DNA of 30,311 nucleotides from the IMG/VR virus record IMGVR_UViG_3300043442_001143, positions 1 to 30,311 of that record; one strand, 5' to 3'. The number at the start of each line of letters is the position of its first letter. The stretch's first letter is position 1. Source of the DNA: a virus. Its lineage: Duplodnaviria > Caudoviricetes. The translations under genes were made by a program, and so were the position numbers. Positions 8,055-17,660 of this stretch are shown here, one piece after another. The notes under the pieces were generated by a model. It was not told where the DNA came from. It saw only the letters and a program-made list of their open reading frames with translations, and searched no databases.

Positions 8055-8429
8055 CTATTTAGTCCTGACATTACCAAAAGATAATCTTTTTAGGTCTTCA
8101 ATTTCCGATTGATAAACCTCATACATTTTCCCAGCGATTTCATCCCAAGTATATTGTCTTTCTTTTCCCCAATGATAGTTTAATCCCACAAAACCCCAAT
8201 TATAAACTTTCTTTACATAGACAAAAGGATTCTGGTCATATTGTATATTGGGAGTCTTTGCATTATACACAAACACATAATACTTACCAGCAACTGGGGG
8301 ACCAGAAGATTCAGTCAATACACTCATAATTTCAAGCATAATATCATCAGCATCTTCTGTGCCGATAAATTTTTTAACAATACCAGCAAGACGACTTCTG
8401 TTTCTTTGTTGAAGAGTTTTTCTTGGCAT
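8055..8429 (-). CDS. Short gp2-like DNA end protector protein
   Basis: GKYYVFVYNAKT..YDQNPFV..GFVGLNYHW resembles the gp2 core; adjacent to gp4. Confidence 0.6.
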   Translation of the reverse strand: MPRKTLQQRNRSRLAGIVKKFIGTEDADDIMLEIMSVLTESSGPPVAGKYYVFVYNAKTPNIQYDQNPFVYVKKVYNWGFVGLNYHWGKERQYTWDEIAGKMYEVYQSEIEDLKRLSFGNVRTK

Positions 8430-8866
8430 TACTTAATTTGCAGTTCGTGTTCGGTGATTATCTTAAACTCATAACCTCTATCAGCACACCATTCTCTTGC
8501 TGCTTCCCACTTTGATTGATTTTTAGCATACTCATAGACCTCAGCAATATACTTCTGAGTTTGTCTTTTTGGTTTAGGGGGAGGGATAGTTTGCTTTGAT
8601 GGTTTAATTTCTATCATATATTTTTTGATACTACCATTAGACTCTTTCACTTTGATAAGAAAGTCCGGAAAATAACGGTGTATGCGATTGTCTATTGGAG
8701 ACTTATATGGAATACATTTTTCCTCTGATGACCATTCAATTATTTTTTCATTCGTATCACAGTAAACCATGAACTTGCGCTCCCACAAAGACCTGTATAT
8801 GATATTTGTTGGATTTCCATTATACTTTTCTGGATGAGATGGTTGATATTTTCCCTTATATGACAT
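8429..8866 (-). CDS. gp4: Head completion nuclease gp4
   Basis: YKGKY.P..PEKY.G, IYRSLWERKFM, WSSEE, HRYFPDF, IEIKP and NQSKWEAA. Confidence 0.95.
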   Translation of the reverse strand: MSYKGKYQPSHPEKYNGNPTNIIYRSLWERKFMVYCDTNEKIIEWSSEEKCIPYKSPIDNRIHRYFPDFLIKVKESNGSIKKYMIEIKPSKQTIPPPKPKRQTQKYIAEVYEYAKNQSKWEAAREWCADRGYEFKIITEHELQIK

Positions 8867-8907
8867 CTAAATACTTAATAATATAACACTCGTATAAGGT
8901 ATTTAGA
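8866..8907. promoter_or_regulatory. Pair of face-to-face late promoters between gp4 and the tail operon
   Basis: CTAAATA on + (8867-8873) and on - (TATTTAG, 8900-8906), forming the inverted repeat TCTAAATAC/GTATTTAGA. Confidence 0.7.
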
Positions 8908-9747
8908 GTGGCAACACCCCGCAGAATATCTGATATTAAGCCATTGATGACCAATCTGGCACAAACTTCTCACTATGAGGTGAAGTTTGGCACTCTTCCT
9001 CCACGTTTGATGTCATATCTGGCTAGAAGAGGAATTGATTCAAGATTCATTGCGGAGAGTGCAGGTCTTCTTTGTTACTCTGCCGTTCTTCCAACAACTA
9101 CATTAGGATCTTTTACGATTGATGGAAATTTTATGGGAATTCAAGAAAAGTTTGCAAATTCTAGAATCTATTCTGAAATAACACTTGATTTTTATATTGA
9201 TAGTAACTATCAAATGCTTAATTTCTTAGAATGTTGGATGGAATTTATTGCAAGTGGGTCTTTTAATAATCAAGTTCTGCCTGGAGAGAATGCTCCAATT
9301 AACCAAAATCAAGATGGATATTTTGTAAGAATGCAATATCCCTCATATTATAAAGCAAATTCAGTAAGAATTGTCAAGTTTGATAGAGACTATCGGAGAG
9401 AGATTGAATATAACTTTAGAGGACTATTTCCTTTGAATATGAGCTCCATTCCTGTTTCTTATGTTTCTTCTGATATTTTGAAAGTGTCTGCATCATTCCA
9501 ATACGATCGTTATATTGCAGGAAGAACAAACACATTTAATCAGTTTATTTCTAGAGACAGTAATAATCAGAATCCACTCAATCCACTGACACTGCAAACT
9601 TCACCACAATCTGCAGAAAGTATTTTCAGAGCATCACAAGAGACTTATACTTTTGGAGTCAGTAATAGTTCAACACTTCAATCTGCGGCAGATTCTTTAT
9701 CTTCAAATCCGTTATCTTCTCAAGCAAACCCTGAAACTCTCTTCTAA
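8908..9747 (+). CDS. Tail-tube-fold protein (gp54/gp19-like baseplate tail tube initiator)
   Basis: LLC.SA.LP, ITLDFYID..FLECWMEFI, LFPLNMSSIPVSY and KVSASFQY match the tube-protein pattern. GTG start. Confidence 0.7.
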   Translation: MATPRRISDIKPLMTNLAQTSHYEVKFGTLPPRLMSYLARRGIDSRFIAESAGLLCYSAVLPTTTLGSFTIDGNFMGIQEKFANSRIYSEITLDFYIDSNYQMLNFLECWMEFIASGSFNNQVLPGENAPINQNQDGYFVRMQYPSYYKANSVRIVKFDRDYRREIEYNFRGLFPLNMSSIPVSYVSSDILKVSASFQYDRYIAGRTNTFNQFISRDSNNQNPLNPLTLQTSPQSAESIFRASQETYTFGVSNSSTLQSAADSLSSNPLSSQANPETLF

Positions 9748-9750
9748 ATA
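9744..9750 (+). promoter_or_regulatory. Late promoter upstream of gp26
   Basis: CTAAATA about 30 nt upstream of ATG 9779. Confidence 0.55.
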
Positions 9751-9778
9751 ATTTTAACTGAAATTTTTATAGGTCATT

Positions 9779-10498
9779 ATGCCTTTACCTAAGATCTCTA
9801 CACCAACATATGAGTTGGAAATTCCTTCACTGAAAAAAACTATTAAGTATCGCCCATTTCTTGTGAAGGAAGAAAAAATTCTTATTATTGCAATGGAGAG
9901 TGAAGATCCAAAGCAAATCGCTGAAGCAGTTAAAACAGTAATCAGCAATTGTATCATCAGTCGTGGTATTAAAGTTGAGCAACTTGCAACTTTTGACATT
10001 GAATATTTGTTTCTGAATATTCGTGGAAAGTCTGTTGGTGAAGAAGTTGATGTCTTAATCACTTGCCCTGATGATGGCACAACTCAAGTTCCTATGAGCA
10101 TTAATCTTGATGATATTCAAGTTGAGTTTGATAAAAAGCATTCAAGAGATATTAAACTTGATGACAATCTTACTCTCAGAATGAGATATCCTTCTATGCA
10201 AGAGTTTGTGAAGAGTAACTTTGTTGTTGGTGCTGAAATTTCTGTAGATGATACTTTTGATATGATTATTTCTTGTATTGAGCAAATCTACAGTGAAGAA
10301 GAATCTTGGGCAGCAGCAGATTCAACCAAAAAAGAATTAAAAGAATTTCTAGAGCAGTTGACCTCGCAGCAGTTTAAGGACATTGAAAAATTCTTTGAGA
10401 CAATGCCAAAACTTTCTCATACACTTACAGTAACAAATCCAAACACGGGTGTTGAGAGTGAAGTCATTCTGGAGGGACTAACATCTTTTTTCGCCTAG
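9779..10498 (+). CDS. gp26: Baseplate hub subunit/assembly chaperone (gp26-like)
   Basis: MPLPKI..PTYEL.IPS..IKYRPFLVKEEKIL, FDIEYLFLNIRGKSVGE, FFETMPKL and ending EGLTSFF. Confidence 0.88.
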   Translation: MPLPKISTPTYELEIPSLKKTIKYRPFLVKEEKILIIAMESEDPKQIAEAVKTVISNCIISRGIKVEQLATFDIEYLFLNIRGKSVGEEVDVLITCPDDGTTQVPMSINLDDIQVEFDKKHSRDIKLDDNLTLRMRYPSMQEFVKSNFVVGAEISVDDTFDMIISCIEQIYSEEESWAAADSTKKELKEFLEQLTSQQFKDIEKFFETMPKLSHTLTVTNPNTGVESEVILEGLTSFFA

Positions 10499-10525
10499 CG
10501 ATGGTGCATGAGGATCTTGCATCAT
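10471..10525 (+). other. Candidate -1 programmed ribosomal frameshift cassette
   Basis: GGAGG (10471-10475), 10-nt spacer, heptamer T TTT TTC (10486-10492), 8-nt spacer, stem ATGGTGCA/TGCATCAT (10501-10525). The -1 frame is open into the next ORF. Confidence 0.6.
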
Positions 10526-10674
10526 ACTACAAAACAAATTTTGCATTGATTCAGCATCATAAATATTCATTAACAGAGTTGGAAAATATGATTCCATGGG
10601 AAAGGGAAGTTTACATCACTCTTCTCCAACAATATATTGAGGAAGAAAACCTGAAGAATCAATCGAATGGATAA
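10501..10674 (+). CDS. Small baseplate hub assembly protein (gp51-like); not in the ORF track
   Basis: Hand translation: MVHEDLASYYKTNFALIQHHKYSLTELENMIPWEREVYITLLQQYIEEENLKNQSNG (57 aa). It fills the gap between gp26 and the ORF at 10667. Confidence 0.85.
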   Translation: MVHEDLASYYKTNFALIQHHKYSLTELENMIPWEREVYITLLQQYIEEENLKNQSNG

Positions 10675-12292
10675 GGCAGAAGCTGGTTTAAGAGCACAAA
10701 CGGGTGAAAAACCTGGTGGTGGGTATTATACCAGCTCGGAAAGAATTACCTTACAAAAGTTTTCTCTAGGAAGAATCACCACGCTCCCAAGATCTGTTTT
10801 TGGTGGTCGTACAGTGGGAGGTGGTGGTGGAAATGCTGCGGGTGGAGGTGCTGGCGGCGGCGGAGCAGTTGCAGCAGGATCTGCGATTGTAGTAAGACCA
10901 CAAACAAGTTTAGTTGATAGAGCACAAACATTACAGATACAGACAAATGCAGGGTCAATTGGAAATCTTCAACAGAGTCTTGATGTAATTCGTGTACAAG
11001 TAACAGAATTAAATCAGGGTATTCAGAATACTGCAAAACAACTTCAAGCAGAAAGTGCTCTAGAGCAAAACCAACTTAAGCAAGAGCAAGAATCAGAAAG
11101 AAGATTAGCAGAGCGTAAAGTTAGACTTGGAAAAGAAAGTGAATTAGAGAAAAATATTCAAGCGGCATTAGCAAGACCACTTGCTAAAATTCAACAAACT
11201 GTGACAAGTTTGTTTGATAGAGTCATGGGTGCTTTGACAACATTATTCTTTGGGTGGCTTACAAATCAAGGAATTGAAACTCTAAAAGCATTTGCAGAGG
11301 GAGATACTAAAAAACTTGAAGAGATTAAGAATACTGTTATTAAGAATGTTTTATTTGCAATAGGTGGATTTGCTGCAGTTAATATTGGATTTGGTTTACT
11401 ACTGAGAACTATTGGTGGTTTAACACTCAAATTAGCAAGTCTTGCTACCAGAATTGCTTTAGCTCCTTTCAGACTAGGGGCAGCAGCATTAAGAGGAGGT
11501 ATGTCCGCCCTGAGAGGAATTGGAAGTAGAGTTACCGGTGCTGGAGGTGTTTTAGGTAAAACTGGTGGAGTGATGAGTAGATTTTTGGGTGGGGTTAAAA
11601 ATTTAGGAAAAGGTGCTCAAGGTGTATTACGAGGCACTGGAAATGTTGCTTCCAAACTTTTTGCACCCATAGCACTTGGGGTTGGAACTTATAGGATAGC
11701 ACAAGGAGATATTGTTGGTGGTTTATTATCCTATGGATCTGCAATTCCTGGTGTTGGTTTAGGTTTTGCAGGTTTAGACATTGCAAGAGAATTTGGACTT
11801 GGAAAAGGCACTTTTTTTGGCAAGCAAGAATCGCAACAACAAGCATCAACACCACCAGCAACACCACAACCACCAGCGGCAACACCACCAGCAACACCAC
11901 AACCACCAGCGTCAGTTGCACAACCACAAACTTCTGCAATGCCAACACCATCTGAAATGACATTTAGTGTTGACACTGCAAATATGTTACAGGGTCCGGC
12001 ACAAGCATTATCACAAGAAACAGCACCTTCTTATGGCACAATAAATGTTGAAGGATTACTTCAAGAAAAACCCCCTGCTGCAGATGTACAAGCACCACCA
12101 AAACCTGCTACTCCTGTAGGAACTCTTCCAGAAGCAAAACCAAACATCATAATGGCTGGTGGTGGAAGAGATAGAACTCAGACAATTGCTTCTCAACAAC
12201 AACCATTGACTGATGTGCCATTTATACCATCTGCAAATACTGATAATTTCTATGTGCTCTATTCACAACTCAACTACAATGTGGTGATGTAA
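10667..12292 (+). CDS. Tape-measure-like / baseplate hub virion protein
   Basis: Gln/Glu coiled-coil region, long Gly/Ala/Leu amphipathic and hydrophobic segments, Pro-rich C-terminus; follows the gp26/gp51-like pair. Confidence 0.55.
   Translation: MDKAEAGLRAQTGEKPGGGYYTSSERITLQKFSLGRITTLPRSVFGGRTVGGGGGNAAGGGAGGGGAVAAGSAIVVRPQTSLVDRAQTLQIQTNAGSIGNLQQSLDVIRVQVTELNQGIQNTAKQLQAESALEQNQLKQEQESERRLAERKVRLGKESELEKNIQAALARPLAKIQQTVTSLFDRVMGALTTLFFGWLTNQGIETLKAFAEGDTKKLEEIKNTVIKNVLFAIGGFAAVNIGFGLLLRTIGGLTLKLASLATRIALAPFRLGAAALRGGMSALRGIGSRVTGAGGVLGKTGGVMSRFLGGVKNLGKGAQGVLRGTGNVASKLFAPIALGVGTYRIAQGDIVGGLLSYGSAIPGVGLGFAGLDIAREFGLGKGTFFGKQESQQQASTPPATPQPPAATPPATPQPPASVAQPQTSAMPTPSEMTFSVDTANMLQGPAQALSQETAPSYGTINVEGLLQEKPPAADVQAPPKPATPVGTLPEAKPNIIMAGGGRDRTQTIASQQQPLTDVPFIPSANTDNFYVLYSQLNYNVVM
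11847..11911 (+). repeat. Coding tandem duplication (32 nt exact, period 33 nt; TPPATPQPPA x2)
   Basis: caacaccaccagcaacaccacaaccaccagcg at 11847-11878 and 11880-11911. Confidence 0.9.
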
Positions 12293-12293
12293 T

Positions 12294-14264
12294 ATGGCAG
12301 TATCAACACCAATCAGAAGAGTAATTCTTACAGCAAATGAATCTAAGAAAAAGATTTCTCAAGGTAGAGATGCAATCAAGTCCGTTGGGCAAGTTATTTT
12401 AAAAAGAACTAAAGTTAAAAGAGAAGCATTTGCACAAACAAATATCTTCAGAAAAAGAAGAGAAGAAAATGAAAAGAGACAAACTCTAGAGGATGAATTA
12501 GAAGCACCAAGAGTTGTTATGACACCGACAGGACCTCAACAGTTGATACAAGCAACTGGTGCTGGTGGATTTTTTAAGAGAATTTTAGGATTTATTGGTT
12601 ATCTTGCTGCAGGTTGGATAATGAATAATCTCCCAACCTGGATTGCAATGGGTGAAGAATTTATTGCAAGACTTCAGAGAGCAGGGGAGATTGTATCTGA
12701 ATTCTTTAATAATACGATTAAGTTATTCACTAATGTAGGTAATATTTTAGGAGCATTAGGACAAAACTTAATGCAGTTTGATTTCTTTGATACTTCAAAT
12801 CGTGTAAAAAATGCGATGGGCGAATTAAATGACACTATGGGAAATCTGACAGGGCAGATTGAAGAGGCATTTGATTTACTTACAACTCCACTTACAGAAG
12901 GTAAGTATAGTGGAGAAGAGATTCCTAAAACGGGAACACAACAAACTGATGAAGGTGCTTATACTGAACCACCTCCTTATAGTGGTAGTGGTGGGGGTAG
13001 TCCTGATTTTTGGACCTTAGCAGCAGTTACTTCTCTAGAAGATGGAGACCCTCAGGGAAGAGCTGATGTAGCACAATCAATCTATAATAGAGCAGCGTCT
13101 GGAGTTTTTGGATCATCTTCTATTAGAGCAATAATTCTATCTGGTAATGGAAAACAATATGAGCCAGTAGGTAGAGCTGTTAAAGAGTTTAATGCAATAC
13201 AAGATAGAGAAAGTGCTATAAAAGCAATTATGGTTGCAAATAAACTATCAAGAAAACAAGCAGAGAGAATGATAGATGATACGGTTTCTGCAATTACCAA
13301 TCCATCATTGCAAAAAAAAGCTGCGGAATTTGTTGAAAATCGTACAGATTTTTTAGGTGCAGGATTAACTCCTAATCGGTCAAGTTCTACAGAGTTAAGA
13401 AGGAGAAATCCAAGTGATAATATTTTTGGAAATTATGTTGGTCCCGCATCATATCAATATGGATTGAGAAGTCGGGGTAAAGCATCATCTCCCAATATTC
13501 AGTTATCTACAACTACAACGACACAAGCATTAACACCCAGAAGAGGTATAACTACAACTGTTCGCGATGAAGTTGATGTTGTTAGAAACACAAGTCCTTT
13601 AGCGGGATTAACACCAGGTCAAGGTTTTGGTGCTGCTAGAAGAGGTGGAAGACTACATAAAGGTATTGATATTGGCACTTACAATACTAGAGGATTTTAT
13701 GTATCTTTCAGACAGTCTGGAAAAGTAACCTATGCAAGAAATAATGGAGAAGGATATGGAAACTTAGTTATTATTAAATCTGGAAATACAGAATTTTATT
13801 TTGCACACCTTGCTCGCATAATGGTAAAAGAAGGGCAGAGTTATAATGGAGAAACAATAGGTGAAATAGGAAATACTGGAGGTGATTATTCTATTCACTT
13901 ACACTTTGAGGCAAGACCTAATGGCAATCCAGTCAATCCAAAACCATATTTAAATCTTCTTTCTATTGGTAGACAACTTACAGGAATCGCAGGAAAACCC
14001 ACAACAGTTGTCCCAGAATCACCTGCTCAACCATCACCAGCACAAATCGCAGCACCTGCACAACAAACAAATGCAGTACCATTTTCACTCACGCCTGAAA
14101 GATCTGGTCAAGATATTATCATTATAGACCAACCAAGACAACAACAAAACATTATTACTTCAGCATCGGGTGGTGGAGGACAAGGACCTTCTGCAATTAG
14201 TGATTTTGACTTGTTAAATAACTTTATCAAGAATAAACTTCTTCTGGATTTAGCGTACGTATAA
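12294..14264 (+). CDS. Tail-associated lysin: helical N-terminus, SleB-like cell wall hydrolase, M23 peptidase
   Basis: LAAVTSLE..QGRADVAQSIYNR..QYEP is SleB/Hydrolase_2-like. HKGIDIG, GYGNLVII, FAHL, GNTG and HLHFE are M23 zinc-peptidase motifs. Confidence 0.8.
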   Translation: MAVSTPIRRVILTANESKKKISQGRDAIKSVGQVILKRTKVKREAFAQTNIFRKRREENEKRQTLEDELEAPRVVMTPTGPQQLIQATGAGGFFKRILGFIGYLAAGWIMNNLPTWIAMGEEFIARLQRAGEIVSEFFNNTIKLFTNVGNILGALGQNLMQFDFFDTSNRVKNAMGELNDTMGNLTGQIEEAFDLLTTPLTEGKYSGEEIPKTGTQQTDEGAYTEPPPYSGSGGGSPDFWTLAAVTSLEDGDPQGRADVAQSIYNRAASGVFGSSSIRAIILSGNGKQYEPVGRAVKEFNAIQDRESAIKAIMVANKLSRKQAERMIDDTVSAITNPSLQKKAAEFVENRTDFLGAGLTPNRSSSTELRRRNPSDNIFGNYVGPASYQYGLRSRGKASSPNIQLSTTTTTQALTPRRGITTTVRDEVDVVRNTSPLAGLTPGQGFGAARRGGRLHKGIDIGTYNTRGFYVSFRQSGKVTYARNNGEGYGNLVIIKSGNTEFYFAHLARIMVKEGQSYNGETIGEIGNTGGDYSIHLHFEARPNGNPVNPKPYLNLLSIGRQLTGIAGKPTTVVPESPAQPSPAQIAAPAQQTNAVPFSLTPERSGQDIIIIDQPRQQQNIITSASGGGGQGPSAISDFDLLNNFIKNKLLLDLAYV

Positions 14265-15610
14265 TGTCAATTCAAAAGTCCATTTATGAGCAGTTAATAT
14301 TAGAGTCAAGCGATCGTAGCAGGACGATTGACATCTCAACTGGTGCTATCTCTATAGATTATTACGAAGATATTTTTTCTCCAACGATTACTGCAAAAGT
14401 TAAAATTATCAACACAGGAAACACAATTGTTGCTGAAGGTGGCACTGGAAGGCAATCAATTTATAATGGTCTTCCCCTGAGAGGTGGCGAAAGAGTTGTA
14501 ATGAAGATCGCTGGAAACTCTACTACAAATCCTGGATTAGATTTTTCAAAAAGAGTAGATGATTACTTGTATGTTTCAAGTATTACTGATGTCATCTCAG
14601 AAACAAATCAAGAAAGTTTTACACTTCATTTAACATCTAGAGAAGCAATTACAAACGAAACTGTCAGAGTTGGTAAGAAGTTTAAACCTGGTAGTAAAAT
14701 TAGCAATTCTGTAGAAGATATTCTTAAAAATTATCTCAAGACAAACAAGATAGGTAATATTGATTCCGCTAAACCATATGGTTTTATAGGAAATATGAGA
14801 AAACCATTTACGGTTTTAGTGTGGTTGGCATCAAAAGCAGTTCCAGAAAAATCTGGAAGTGCAACGGCAGGTTTCTTATTCTATCAAACACAGGATGGAT
14901 TTCAATTTAGATCGATTGATGATTTGATTGACCAACAACCTAGAGAAGATGTGAATGGAAATAGAGTTGTATATACCTACAACCAAGTCAATCAAGCATA
15001 TGATGAGAATAATAATAAGGTCAACAATGACTTCAACATTCTGAATTATTATGTGGAAAAGAATCAAAACTTGATTGAGAAATTAAAATTAGGAACTTTT
15101 GCAAGTCAGAGAATATTTTTCAATCCACAAACAGGAGCAATCACAAATCCAGAGCAAACTCTATTCAAGTTTGAAAGATATTCAGATAAAACAAGTAACT
15201 TAGGAAGTGACATTAAACTTCCACCGTTATCTGAAGGATCTGAAAAAACTCTAGGAGATGTGCCAACAAGAATTATCACGGGTATTCTTGATATTGGCAC
15301 CTTGAATTCCGATGTTTCAACAGATGTAAATGCTGACCCAACAGAATATCAATCACAGTCTTTAATGCGTTATAATATTCTGTTTACTCAAACTCTCAAT
15401 GTTATTGTTGCTTCAAATACAAACTTAAGAGCAGGTGATGTAATTCAATGTCAGTTTCCAAAAATCACTCAATCTGATGCAAAAGAATATGACACTGAAA
15501 CTAGTGGTCTATATATGATTAAGGAATTGTGCCATCATTTTGATGCAAATAATTCCTATACTTCTATGAAATTAGTCAGAGATACTTTCGGAATCAACAA
15601 AAAGGCATAG
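14264..15610 (+). CDS. Baseplate hub protein (gp27-like)
   Basis: YYEDIFSPTITA, FLFYQTQDGFQFRSID, LRAGDVI and SGLYMIKELCHHF; immediately upstream of gp5. Confidence 0.65.
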   Translation: MSIQKSIYEQLILESSDRSRTIDISTGAISIDYYEDIFSPTITAKVKIINTGNTIVAEGGTGRQSIYNGLPLRGGERVVMKIAGNSTTNPGLDFSKRVDDYLYVSSITDVISETNQESFTLHLTSREAITNETVRVGKKFKPGSKISNSVEDILKNYLKTNKIGNIDSAKPYGFIGNMRKPFTVLVWLASKAVPEKSGSATAGFLFYQTQDGFQFRSIDDLIDQQPREDVNGNRVVYTYNQVNQAYDENNNKVNNDFNILNYYVEKNQNLIEKLKLGTFASQRIFFNPQTGAITNPEQTLFKFERYSDKTSNLGSDIKLPPLSEGSEKTLGDVPTRIITGILDIGTLNSDVSTDVNADPTEYQSQSLMRYNILFTQTLNVIVASNTNLRAGDVIQCQFPKITQSDAKEYDTETSGLYMIKELCHHFDANNSYTSMKLVRDTFGINKKA

Positions 15611-15613
15611 TAA

Positions 15614-17659
15614 ATGATAGACGAATCACTTCTTAAAAGTCATTTTATAGGTAGAGATGGTTTCCGTTGGTGGTTGGGGCAAATTGCACCAGTAGAAGCG
15701 TGGGAAGAGCAAGCAAATGGTGGTGGATGGGGATATAGGTATAAAGTTAGAATCTTAGGATATCATCCTTTAGATATTGCCGAATTATCAAATGATGATC
15801 TTCCTTGGGCACAGGTTATGTTCCCAACTACTGCTGGAAGTGGTGCAGCAAAGTATGCAGTAAATCCAAAAATAAGACCTGGAGATATGGTCATTGGATT
15901 TTTCTTGGATGGTGATAACGCACAAATCCCAGTCATTATGGGAGCACTTGGACACACGAGTGATTGGTCAACTGCTGGATATAAAAATCCTTTCATTCCT
16001 TTTACTGGTCATACTTCTAGAGTAAAAAGTCCACAAGGAACTGGTAGAATAGAGACTGATGAATCAAATGAAGCAACAGAAGAGTCTCAAAAAAGTCCAA
16101 GAGCAGTTCCTCCAGAAGTAGCAGCAAGACTGAGAGAGATATCTGCTTATACTGGTATTGGAAGAGAAGTTGTATTTGCCGACACTTGTGAAGATACAAC
16201 AATTAAAACAGTAAAATCTGAGGTTAATAATTTACTTAAATATATCCAAGAAGCGCAAGGAAAAATTGCTGAGTATAAGCAAGCAATTCAAAACACCGCT
16301 GAAGTAATTAAGGGTGCCGTCAACTGGATAGTTGGTAGAATTATGGATTCGATTTATAATTTCCTAGTTGGAACTGAAGATGACCCAGGAATTATTCCAA
16401 AAGCATTAAAAGCACTGTATATTAGCGTTTATGGGTCAGTTCTTGCTGCAACAGGCAATCCAGCAGCAGCACACACGGCAGGATATAAGTCCAATGAGGT
16501 CTTCGTAATTCCAATTAAAATTTTAGAAGAAGCACTTTCTTGTGTTGCAAATGCAATTGTTGAAGGGCTTTTAGGAATCATAGTTCAATTACTTGAGTCA
16601 CTTCTTGAAAATGTAGATAGATTTGTAACTTGTGTGGCAGAGCAATTCATCGGATCTCTTGTTAATACAATTACAGATGCAATTGCTGATGGACTGTCTG
16701 CCGCTCTAGATGGTGTTTCTGCCTTGTTGGGTGGTGTTTTCAGTGTTGTTGATTTTATTCAAAGCACAGTAGATACAATTCTTGGATTGGGAGGACTCTT
16801 TGACTGTAATCAAAGCAATAACAAGTGTGATGGAACTAAAGAATGGATAGTTGGAGTTGGTCCAAAGAGTAGTATAGATCCTTTAGAATCATTCAATAGT
16901 ATCTTTGATATTGCAAATACTATCGGAGGTGTTGTTGGAGATGTAACTTCTGCAGTTGAAGGTGTTGCAGGAATTGCAGATGTATTCTCAAACGATATTT
17001 TACAGGATGCTCTGAATGGTTTAGGAGAATGTATTCCAACATTCCCAACTACTTGCGGATCTCCTACAATCAACATCTTTGGTGGAGGAGGAACAGGAGC
17101 ATCAGCGATTCCTATTCTTGGTGCTGCGACTCCAATTCTAAATGTAGTTAATAATGTAACACAGACTGCAAGTATTATTGGTGCAGTTGTTACAAATCCT
17201 GGTTCAGGATATCGTTTCCCACCATTCGTTGAGTTTAGTGATAGTTGTGGATTAGGTTATGGAGCAAAAGGTAGAGCAGTAATCAATGATGCTGGAAAGG
17301 TAACTTCAATTTATATCACATCTTCCGGTGAAGGGTATCCACTAATACAAAATCAAGATGCTTATGGTGTCACTGATGTTGTAGTACAAACTGCTGGATT
17401 GGAATACTCTAGAAATGATACTGCAACCGATAATCTTGGAAATACTTATAGTTTGATAGTTGATAATGGTAGAATACTTTCAGCAACACCTCTAAATATT
17501 TTGGAGGTTTCTGATATTCCTGTAATTACGGTTGACTCTGAAACTGGATTTGGTGCTATCTTGAAACCAATTCTTGGTCCAATATCTCAACCATCAGAAG
17601 CACAGAAAATAATTAGAGATAGAAAAGGTATTCAAACATCAATAGATTGCCCAACATAA
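15614..17659 (+). CDS. gp5: gp5-like baseplate hub/spike protein (N-terminal OB-fold; no lysozyme motif recognised)
   Basis: RYKVRILGYH..LPWAQV..P and VIGFFLDGDNAQIPVIMG match the Gp5 OB domain. Helical middle region, then PGSGY..PPFV-type C-terminal beta modules. Confidence 0.8.
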   Translation: MIDESLLKSHFIGRDGFRWWLGQIAPVEAWEEQANGGGWGYRYKVRILGYHPLDIAELSNDDLPWAQVMFPTTAGSGAAKYAVNPKIRPGDMVIGFFLDGDNAQIPVIMGALGHTSDWSTAGYKNPFIPFTGHTSRVKSPQGTGRIETDESNEATEESQKSPRAVPPEVAARLREISAYTGIGREVVFADTCEDTTIKTVKSEVNNLLKYIQEAQGKIAEYKQAIQNTAEVIKGAVNWIVGRIMDSIYNFLVGTEDDPGIIPKALKALYISVYGSVLAATGNPAAAHTAGYKSNEVFVIPIKILEEALSCVANAIVEGLLGIIVQLLESLLENVDRFVTCVAEQFIGSLVNTITDAIADGLSAALDGVSALLGGVFSVVDFIQSTVDTILGLGGLFDCNQSNNKCDGTKEWIVGVGPKSSIDPLESFNSIFDIANTIGGVVGDVTSAVEGVAGIADVFSNDILQDALNGLGECIPTFPTTCGSPTINIFGGGGTGASAIPILGAATPILNVVNNVTQTASIIGAVVTNPGSGYRFPPFVEFSDSCGLGYGAKGRAVINDAGKVTSIYITSSGEGYPLIQNQDAYGVTDVVVQTAGLEYSRNDTATDNLGNTYSLIVDNGRILSATPLNILEVSDIPVITVDSETGFGAILKPILGPISQPSEAQKIIRDRKGIQTSIDCPT

Positions 17660-17660
17660 A

